Source: Candidatus Zixiibacteriota bacterium
Lineage (GTDB): Bacteria; Zixibacteria; MSB-5A5; GN15; FEB-12
Length of the DNA stretch: 12,973 bases
Direction of reading: 5' to 3'
Assembly (NCBI GenBank): GCA_041742355.1
Contig: JBGSIV010000272.1
Span: forward strand, 1-12,973
A program made the translations under genes and the position numbers. Positions 6,689 to 12,973 of the stretch are shown here, one piece after another. The notes beneath the pieces are model-generated. The model did no database searches. It had not been told where the DNA came from and saw only the letters and a program-made list of their open reading frames with translations. How positions within the stretch are numbered: the first letter of the stretch is position 1; each line of letters starts with the position of its first letter.

Positions 6689-8191
6689 GTGCCCTCCGAT
6701 CATGATTTCCCCCGCCGCCTCATCGCTGTTCTGAAGTTGGTGGCCGGCGCCGTCGCCGCGGCGTATATCATAATATTCGCGGTCACCGCCATTCTGCGGA
6801 TCACCTATCCGTTCGAACTGGAGTGGATGGAAGGGGCGATGGTTGATCATGTCGCGCGGATCATGCACGGTCTGCCCCTCTATGTCGAACCCAGCGTGGA
6901 CTTTGTCCCGTTCCGTTACACACCGCTGTACTACTATGTCAGCGCCGCCGTGTCGGGTATAACCGGATTCAGCCTGTTTTCTCTGCGGCTTGTATCGGTG
7001 GTGAGTGCAATCGGCGCGTTCGTTTTGCTTTTCCTTTTTGTCCGGCGCGAGACAGGGAGGAACCTCCCGGGTCTGCTGGCCGCCGCGCTGTTCGCCGCCG
7101 CCTATCCGATCACCGGATCGTTTTATGATCTCGCCCGCATCGATTCGCTCTTCATGGTGCTGCTCCTTGCCGCGGCGTATGCGTTCAGGTTTTATCCCTC
7201 GATGCGCGGCGCGATCCTGTCCGGATTGCTCTTTGGTCTCGCATTCCTGACCAAGCAGGCCGCCGGCCCAGTGCTGGCGCTGCTGCTGATTCCGGCTCTC
7301 TTCCTCAACTGGCGGTACACGCTCGTCTGCGGCTTCTCCGCTCTCGTTGTCGCCGGTGGCGCCAGCCTCGCGTTAACTCTCGCCTCCGACGGCTGGTACT
7401 GGTTCTACACAATCGAGCTCGGTGATAATATCTTCCCCACCGAGAGTTTCGTCGCGTCGATCCGCAAGGTCTTTGTCGAGGATCTCCTGCGGAGTTTCCC
7501 GATCGCCGCCCCGCTCGCTTTGGCCGCGCTGGTAGATATAACGCTTCGAGAGGATCGCCGCACCCGCTGGTTTCATCTGTCGTTCGCGGTCGGCCTGATC
7601 GCCATTATCTTTATCGCGCGCATCCACCCCGGCGGCTGGACCAACACGCTGATCCCCGCCTGCGCCGCGATCGCGCTGCTCTTCGGGCTTGCGGTCGGTC
7701 GGCTCGACCTTGCCGCCGACACCTTCCGCGCGGGTGTCCGACAATCGGCTCTGGTTTCCCTCTACCTGCTGGTGATCGTGCAGCTGGCGATGCTCGCCTA
7801 TGATCCGAGGAAGCACCTTCCTTCCGACGCCGACCGGGCCGCAGGGCAGCGGTTTATCGCTCAGATAGAATCGATCGACGGCGACGTGTATGTCCCGCAC
7901 CACGGCTACTATGCCATGCTTGCCGGTAAGAAGACATTCGCGCACTTTCAGGCGATCCGCGACGTGTGGTCATCGCCCGAGCATTCGGCGATCACCCGGG
8001 GTATGACGGGTACCATTCGCGATGCGATCACCGGCCGTCGGTTCGCCGCCATGGTGCTGGATCGGGATTTCTTCATTGAGGAAGTGAGAGCGAATTACAC
8101 GGAGAGCGGGAAGATCTTTGATCGTGGCGAGGTCTTTTTTCCGAGAGCCGGGTGGGCGGTTCGCCCCGAGCGCCTCTACCTTCCCAAATAA
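6689..8191 (+). CDS. Membrane GT-C glycosyltransferase (ArnT/PMT_2-like, GT39/GT83-like)
   Basis: GTG start 3 nt after the upstream stop, with SD GGAGGAG inside the end of that gene. Acidic first loop 'YPFELEWMEG', 'YTPLYYY', 'LRLVS', 'LARIDSL', 'LAFLTKQ', and many TM helices. Confidence 0.85.
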   Translation: MPSDHDFPRRLIAVLKLVAGAVAAAYIIIFAVTAILRITYPFELEWMEGAMVDHVARIMHGLPLYVEPSVDFVPFRYTPLYYYVSAAVSGITGFSLFSLRLVSVVSAIGAFVLLFLFVRRETGRNLPGLLAAALFAAAYPITGSFYDLARIDSLFMVLLLAAAYAFRFYPSMRGAILSGLLFGLAFLTKQAAGPVLALLLIPALFLNWRYTLVCGFSALVVAGGASLALTLASDGWYWFYTIELGDNIFPTESFVASIRKVFVEDLLRSFPIAAPLALAALVDITLREDRRTRWFHLSFAVGLIAIIFIARIHPGGWTNTLIPACAAIALLFGLAVGRLDLAADTFRAGVRQSALVSLYLLVIVQLAMLAYDPRKHLPSDADRAAGQRFIAQIESIDGDVYVPHHGYYAMLAGKKTFAHFQAIRDVWSSPEHSAITRGMTGTIRDAITGRRFAAMVLDRDFFIEEVRANYTESGKIFDRGEVFFPRAGWAVRPERLYLPK

Positions 8192-8200
8192 CCGCCCCCC

Positions 8201-8232
8201 AAAGAACAAAAAGCCGGCGGTGAAGCCGGCTT
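8201..8232 (-). terminator. Intrinsic terminator between the convergent GT and sigma genes (strong on -, possibly bidirectional)
   Basis: AAGCCGGC (8211-8218), 6-nt loop, GCCGGCTT (8225-8232). On the minus strand the hairpin runs into TTTTTGTTCTTT. Confidence 0.8.
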
Positions 8233-8256
8233 CGGAAAATTCGATTCAGTTGTAGG

Positions 8257-9111
8257 TCAGTTCAGGTACGCGCGCAGCGAACGGCTTCGGGAGGCGTGGC
8301 GCAGACGGCGGATCGCTTTTTCCTTGATCTGACGCACTCGTTCCCGGGTCAGGGAGAAGCGCGCGCCAATTTCCTCGAGGGTCAGCGCCTTCTCGTGGTT
8401 CAGACCGAAGTACAGGTTGATCACCTCTGCCTCACGCGGGGTCAGCGAGTCGAGCGCTTTTTCGATTTCCACCCGCAGCGAGTCTTTCAGGAGCGCTTCA
8501 TCGGGGGAGGGCTGGAATTCGTCTTCGAGTACGTCGATGAGCGAATTGTCCTCCGACACCGAGAACGGCGCGTCGAGCGACAGGTGCGAGTTGGAGATCT
8601 TCAGCGTGTCGGCCACTTCGCCCTCGGTGAGTTCGAGCTCCTTGGCGATCTCTTCCGGCGAGGGTTCGCGCCCGAGGCCCTGCTCCAGCCGGCTGGAGAC
8701 TTTGCCGATTTTGTGCAAAGTCCCTACCCGATTGAGCGGGAGGCGCACGATGCGACTCTGCTCGGCCAATGCCTGCAAAATCGCCTGCCGGATCCACCAC
8801 ACCGCGTACGAAATGAACTTGAATCCACGGGTCTCGTCAAACCGCTTGGCCGCTTTGATAAGGCCTATATTGCCTTCGTTAATGAGATCGGCCAGGGACA
8901 GACCCTGATTCTGGTACTGCTTGGCAACCGAGACGACGAAACGCAGATTGGCTTTGGTCAATTTCTCCAGGGCCTTCTTGTCGCCCTGCTTGATTCTCCG
9001 AGCCAGCCGCACCTCTTCGTCGGCGCTGATCAATGGTGTCTCCCCGATCTCGCGCAAGTACAGATCGAGCGATCGGTCCTCATCGCGATACTTGAGGGAT
9101 TGTTTAGCCAC
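8257..9111 (-). CDS. rpoD: RNA polymerase sigma-70 factor, RpoD/SigA family (short FCB-type, no region 1.1)
   Basis: Region 1.2 '[10 protein letters not shown]...EEV'; region 2 '[18 protein letters not shown]...[10 protein letters not shown]...[21 protein letters not shown]'; region 3 'RIVRLP...SLDAP'; region 4.2 'TLEEIG...[13 protein letters not shown]'. GTG start with SD AAGGAG. Confidence 0.93.
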   Translation of the reverse strand: MAKQSLKYRDEDRSLDLYLREIGETPLISADEEVRLARRIKQGDKKALEKLTKANLRFVVSVAKQYQNQGLSLADLINEGNIGLIKAAKRFDETRGFKFISYAVWWIRQAILQALAEQSRIVRLPLNRVGTLHKIGKVSSRLEQGLGREPSPEEIAKELELTEGEVADTLKISNSHLSLDAPFSVSEDNSLIDVLEDEFQPSPDEALLKDSLRVEIEKALDSLTPREAEVINLYFGLNHEKALTLEEIGARFSLTRERVRQIKEKAIRRLRHASRSRSLRAYLN

Positions 9112-9188
9112 TGTTTACGACTATCTCCTTCCTGTAGAAGTAGTTGTAAACGACCGCGCACTATGCGCGATCAGTCAATCAACTGCTG

Positions 9189-9194
9189 ATTATA
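9189..9194 (-). promoter_or_regulatory. Candidate -10 element (TATAAT) for the sigma gene
   Basis: Perfect TATAAT on the minus strand in the 97-bp htrA-rpoD gap. No well-spaced -35 was found; TTGCGA lies 20 bp away. Confidence 0.4.
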
Positions 9195-9208
9195 CACAAA
9201 GCACCGGA

Positions 9209-10702
9209 CTAGGGTCGCAACACCTTACGAGCGATTGTGCCATCCGGCTCCTGCACGATCAGCGGAATCCGCTGTCTCGAGCCGGCCAGCCGGCGAACAA
9301 TCTGCTCCACATCGCCCGGCGCCTTGACTGTCTCGTTGTTTACCTGTAAGATAATCGTACCACGGGCTATCGACGACTGATCGGCCGGCGACCCCGGATA
9401 CACCCGCGAAACGTACACCCCCGGGACATGTTCGGTCGACACCGCCGACGCTATCTCCGGGGTAAAGGTCAGTAAATCCATTCCCATCCACTGGTACTGT
9501 TCGGTATCCGGCGGCTCGGCTGAGGGCGTGCCGGAGGCGAGGAACTGGTCGCGGTCGCCGATGATGGCGCGCGCGGTCTGCCGCGCGCCGTCGCGGAGCA
9601 GTTCCATTTCGATTTCATCGCCGCGGCGTACGGTCGAGACGAGCACGGACAACTGGGCGGCGTTGCCGACCTCGAGGCCGTTAAATTTCACGACGATGTC
9701 GCCGCGTTTGATCCCGGCCCGTTCGGCCGGTGAATTGGCGAAGACCGAATCGATCACCACGCCGCGCACGGCCGACAGGCCCTGCCGTTTGGCTTCGCGT
9801 TCGGTGATATTGTCCAGCCATACCCCGAGCCAGCCGCGCTGCGGCTTGCCCACCTCGATCAGGTCGGGCACGATGGCCCGGGCGAGGTTGATGGGAATGG
9901 CGAAACCAATGCCGACCGATCCGCCTGTCGGGGACGAAATCGCCGCGTTTACCCCGATGCACTCGCCGCGGAGATTGAGGAGCGGTCCGCCGGAGTTGCC
10001 CGGGTTGATGGAGGCATCGGTCTGTATGTAGTACTGGTACTCCGGGGTTTCCCGGCCGAAATTGAGCTGGCTGCGCCCCACCGCGGAGATGACACCGACG
10101 GTCACGGAGCGGTCCAGTCCCTGCTGCGGGAACGGATTGCCGATCGCGATGGCCCAATCCCCGACTTTCAACTTGTCCGAATCGCCGAACGGGATCACGG
10201 TCACGTCATGCTCCGGCTCAACCTTGATTACCGCCAGGTCGGTTTCGGGATCGGCGCCGACCAGTTTTGCTTCATATTCAAACCCCGTCGCCGTGCGCAC
10301 CGTCATTTCCTGTGCGCCCTGCACCACGTGGTTGTTGGTCAAAATGTAGCCGTCCTGGCGGAAGAAGAATCCGCTGCCGGACGATGTTGCCATGCCGGCG
10401 CGCTGGTGCCACCAGGGGAGGCTCTGGTCCTGCGACCGGGCCGAGATATTCACCACGGCGTTCTGCACCTGCTCGACCACGGCGACGAACGGCGATTCGT
10501 ACTCGCCGTCGCGCTCCACGACCGGATAAACGCCGAACGCCGTTCCGTTGACGGGCGACTGCGCTACCGATTTCGGGGAAAGATCGAGACCGGACGAGAT
10601 CAGAATGCCGACAGCCACGCATACGACCGCCCCGAACCCGACGGCGATCGACGTGAACCCCCTGGAGATGTTTTTCTGCGGGGAGCGGACGGTCCTATCC
10701 AA
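9209..10702 (-). CDS. htrA: HtrA/DegP/DegQ (Do family) serine endoprotease with N-terminal anchor and two PDZ domains
   Basis: 'GSGFF...ILTNNHVV' (His), 'DLAVIK' (Asp), 'IQTDASINPGNSGGPL' (Ser). PDZ1 'RGWLGV...SPAERAGIKRGD'; PDZ2 'WMGM...GSPADQSSI'. TTG start with SD GGAGG 10 nt upstream. Confidence 0.95.
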   Translation of the reverse strand: MDRTVRSPQKNISRGFTSIAVGFGAVVCVAVGILISSGLDLSPKSVAQSPVNGTAFGVYPVVERDGEYESPFVAVVEQVQNAVVNISARSQDQSLPWWHQRAGMATSSGSGFFFRQDGYILTNNHVVQGAQEMTVRTATGFEYEAKLVGADPETDLAVIKVEPEHDVTVIPFGDSDKLKVGDWAIAIGNPFPQQGLDRSVTVGVISAVGRSQLNFGRETPEYQYYIQTDASINPGNSGGPLLNLRGECIGVNAAISSPTGGSVGIGFAIPINLARAIVPDLIEVGKPQRGWLGVWLDNITEREAKRQGLSAVRGVVIDSVFANSPAERAGIKRGDIVVKFNGLEVGNAAQLSVLVSTVRRGDEIEMELLRDGARQTARAIIGDRDQFLASGTPSAEPPDTEQYQWMGMDLLTFTPEIASAVSTEHVPGVYVSRVYPGSPADQSSIARGTIILQVNNETVKAPGDVEQIVRRLAGSRQRIPLIVQEPDGTIARKVLRP

Positions 10703-10733
10703 GTGTCACTTTCCTCCAGCCAAAGAGCCTGTT

Positions 10734-10761
10734 AAGATACGAAAGGTTTCATATATGTCAA
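10734..10761 (-). promoter_or_regulatory. Putative sigma-70 promoter for htrA
   Basis: Minus strand TTGACA (10761-10756), 16 bp spacer, TATCTT (10739-10734). Implied TSS is about 25 nt upstream of the TTG start. Confidence 0.6.
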
Positions 10762-10939
10762 GGTTTATTGTTGACATTTGAGGCAGGATTGACGTTCTTC
10801 CCCCTCCTGTCAGAAGATATACGTACGAAACGCCTTTTTGACTCAGCAGTTCCTCCGGGATAGCGACTTCGACCGAAAATCGTAATCCATGCGCCGGGCC
10901 GACGGCCCCCCGCGCCCGCTCCCTTCTCCCCCTAAGTTG

Positions 10940-10968
10940 TTGACAGGTGGGCAAGAAGCCTCTACCTT
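10940..10968 (+). promoter_or_regulatory. Putative sigma-70 promoter for the aldolase-aminotransferase-folB operon
   Basis: TTGACA (10940-10945), 17 bp spacer, TACCTT (10963-10968). The A of the ATG lies 7 nt downstream at 10975. Confidence 0.7.
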
Positions 10969-10974
10969 ACGGCA

Positions 10975-11631
10975 ATGATCACTCCCGAGCACCTTCGTCG
11001 TCAGTTGGCCGACATTGGCCGATGGCTCTACGAACGAGGCATGGTCGCCGCGACGGACGGCAACCTATCGGCCCGTCTTCCCGACGGCAACATCCTTCTC
11101 ACTCCTTCGGGCGCGGCCAAAGGGCGCATGTCCCCGGATGATCTTGTGATAGTCGACCCCGAGGGCAACCACGTTTTCGGCGCGGGCAAAGCTTCCAGCG
11201 AGTCGGCCATGCATCTTTACATGTACCGTGCCCGTCCCGATATCGGCGCCTGTGTCCACTCCCACGCCCCGCATGCGACGGCGTTTGCCGCAGCCGGACG
11301 TGCGCTCCCGGACAACATCCTGCCGGAGGTGGTCCTGTTTGTCGGTCCGATCGCGCTCACCGAGTATGCCCCGCCCGGGACTTCGGCCGTGCCGCAGTCG
11401 CTTGTGCCGTATGCCGCCGACCATGATGCTTTCCTCCTGCGCAATCACGGCCTCCTGACAGTCGGCGTCAACCCGGAAGAGGCTTTCCACCGGCATGAAA
11501 CGGTCGAACACTACGCCCGCATTCTTCTGATTGCCGAGAGGATCGGCAGCATAGATCCGATTCCGGATGACGACATCCGCCGCCTGAACGACATGCGCCG
11601 CACGTTGCGCAATCGCCCTGGTGAACGCTGA
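10975..11631 (+). CDS. Class II aldolase/adducin family metalloenzyme (FucA/MtnB-like)
   Basis: 'TDGNLSAR', 'LTPSG', 'ASSESAMH', 'CVHSHAPHATAFA' (HxH) and 'LLRNHG' (third His ligand). Confidence 0.93.
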   Translation: MITPEHLRRQLADIGRWLYERGMVAATDGNLSARLPDGNILLTPSGAAKGRMSPDDLVIVDPEGNHVFGAGKASSESAMHLYMYRARPDIGACVHSHAPHATAFAAAGRALPDNILPEVVLFVGPIALTEYAPPGTSAVPQSLVPYAADHDAFLLRNHGLLTVGVNPEEAFHRHETVEHYARILLIAERIGSIDPIPDDDIRRLNDMRRTLRNRPGER

Positions 11632-11649
11632 GGACCGAGGAGTCGCCCG

Positions 11650-12831
11650 ATGGTACCGAAGAAAGTCGTGATCGAAAAAGCCAACCGGCTGTACCAGCTT
11701 CCGCCCGAACCGGATGCTTACCTTCCGGAACGACGCCGTCGCTCGCTGATTCGCAAGATGACGGTCCTCGATCTCGCCTCGTTCGTCTGGCCCATTCGCC
11801 CCGATGAAACGCAGATGGTCAGCGCGGCGGCTTTCGCCCCCGCCGACCGCGACTCCGTTGCCCGTCTCAAGGAAGACCTGGCGGTCTGGTACCAGACGCG
11901 TTTCGGCGCCCGGCTCAATCCCGAAAAGGAGATCTATATCGGCGGCGGCACCACCTCGATCATAGTCAGTCTCGCGGCCGCCTTTGTCGACCCCGGCGAT
12001 CCGGTCTTTGTTCCGGATATCGGCCTTCCGCTCTACCGTCGCGCGGCTGTCGCCGCCGGCGCCGAACCGGTGGCTTACGGGATCAACGGCAAGGATGACT
12101 GGCGCCCCGACTTCTCGCGCCTCGATTCGCGCCTCGGCCGTGTCGCCCGGCTCCTCTTTCTCAACTCCCCCCACAATCCTACCGGCGCCGAATTGAGCGA
12201 ACGTGCGCTGGCCGACCTGATCGCCCAGGCCGCCCGCGACAACGTGATCGTGGTTAACGACGCCGCCTACCAGTCGTTCGCCGCCCGCACCCCGGTTTCG
12301 CTCATGTCGGTCGCCGGCGGCAAACGCATCGGCGTTGAGGTCGGCAGCTTCTCCTATGTTTTCGGTCTTCCCCGGCTGCCGCTCGGGTATGTCGTCGGCA
12401 GCCGCGACATCATCAGCGGGCTCAAGCAAGCCGCCCGCCTAGCCCCTCCGTTCGTCAGCGCGTTTGCGGTCGCCGAGGCGTTGGCCGCCCTCCAGCGCTA
12501 CCCGAATGATGCCTTCACCCGTGTCCGCGCCACTGTCGCCGCTGCCCGGGCCGAGGCCATCAAGCTGCTGGATCTGCTCGAACTCGAACCGGCCGGGCAC
12601 GATACGATTCCCTTCCTCTGGGCCCGTATCGAACGGCGCCGCGCGGCAGCGCTTGCGGCCACCCATCTTTTCCGCCGCGGCCGTATTCTCGCGCTGCCCG
12701 GCACCGCTTTCGGCGAATCGGGCGAGGGCTTCCTCCGCTTCTCGCTGACTGCCCCGCCCGAGCAATACGCCCGCGCCTGCGAACGGGTGAAAAAGCGTCC
12801 CCGACTCTTCAAACTCACGAGGCCCCAGTGA
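11650..12831 (+). CDS. Class I/II aminotransferase-fold protein (LL-DAP aminotransferase-like) lacking the catalytic lysine
   Basis: Retains 'RLYQLPP', 'FVDPGDPVFVPD', 'LLFLNSPHNPTG', 'VNDAAY' and 'PGTAFGESGEGFLRFSL'. The PLP motif reads 'GSFSYVFGLPRLPLGY' instead of 'xSxSKxxxxxGxRxG'. Confidence 0.88.
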   Translation: MVPKKVVIEKANRLYQLPPEPDAYLPERRRRSLIRKMTVLDLASFVWPIRPDETQMVSAAAFAPADRDSVARLKEDLAVWYQTRFGARLNPEKEIYIGGGTTSIIVSLAAAFVDPGDPVFVPDIGLPLYRRAAVAAGAEPVAYGINGKDDWRPDFSRLDSRLGRVARLLFLNSPHNPTGAELSERALADLIAQAARDNVIVVNDAAYQSFAARTPVSLMSVAGGKRIGVEVGSFSYVFGLPRLPLGYVVGSRDIISGLKQAARLAPPFVSAFAVAEALAALQRYPNDAFTRVRATVAAARAEAIKLLDLLELEPAGHDTIPFLWARIERRRAAALAATHLFRRGRILALPGTAFGESGEGFLRFSLTAPPEQYARACERVKKRPRLFKLTRPQ

Positions 12832-12973
12832 AAGATGTGATTCGCATCTGCGGCATGTCGTTCTACGGCTACCACGGTGTCACGACCGAGGAGCGCGCCA
12901 CGGGCCGCATGTACGAGGTCGACTGCGAGGTCGAGACCGATCTCGCCGAAGCAGGCCGGACCGATTACCTGCA
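12828..12973 (+). CDS. folB: Dihydroneopterin aldolase, N-terminal part (runs off the window)
   Basis: GTG start overlapping the previous TGA (GTGA). Hand translation MKDVIRICGMSFYGYHGVTTEERATGRMYEVDCEVETDLAEAGRTDYL shows the FolB 'FYGYHGV..EE...G...VD......DL..AG.TD.L' signature. Confidence 0.93.
   Translation, partial: MKDVIRICGMSFYGYHGVTTEERATGRMYEVDCEVETDLAEAGRTDYL

Noticed and set aside
4739..6868. 709-aa antisense ORF
   Set aside because: It is the shadow of the high-GC3 glycosyltransferase genes, with no recognisable motifs. Long antisense frames are expected at this composition.
8257..9111. Sigma factor truncated (no region 1.1)
   Set aside because: Short RpoD-family proteins of about this size are normal in FCB-group bacteria. 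The gene has a good SD and complete regions 1.2-4.
11065..12429. 454-aa antisense ORF (likewise 8296-9189 opposite rpoD and other short overlapping ORFs)
   Set aside because: They overlap well-supported genes and have no protein-like motifs.
12828..12973. FolB has 'GRMY' where many homologues have 'GQxF'
   Set aside because: This position varies among FolB homologues and the upstream Glu is retained. The remaining catalytic residues lie outside the window.

Overview
A GC-rich bacterial chromosomal window, probably from the FCB superphylum and most like candidate Zixibacteria. This is inferred from a dockerin plus 'QNFPNPFNP...KKMLLLK' secreted protein and a short sigma-70 lacking region 1.1. 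Gene order: the 5' end of a TolC-like gene (-); a divergent ArsR/SmtB regulator (+) with a perfect 20-bp palindromic operator; a 758-aa secreted FG-GAP/cohesin-like/dockerin/CTD protein (+); tRNA-Leu(CAG) (-); two membrane GT-C glycosyltransferases (+); RpoD-family sigma (-); HtrA/DegQ protease (-); and a divergent operon of class II aldolase, a degenerate class I/II aminotransferase and the start of folB (+). The two most notable observations are (1) the first glycosyltransferase is fused through a Pro/Ala linker to a D-glucuronyl C5-epimerase-like domain with intact catalytic motifs, suggesting an extracytoplasmic glycan build-and-epimerise system, and (2) the aminotransferase has Tyr in place of the PLP-binding Lys, so it is a likely pseudoenzyme. 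Non-coding signals include a G-quadruplex-like tract, a ~22-bp phased repeat array upstream of the tRNA, an RBS-occluding hairpin before the sigma gene, and probable leaderless transcripts. All calls come from reading motifs by eye; no searches were run.
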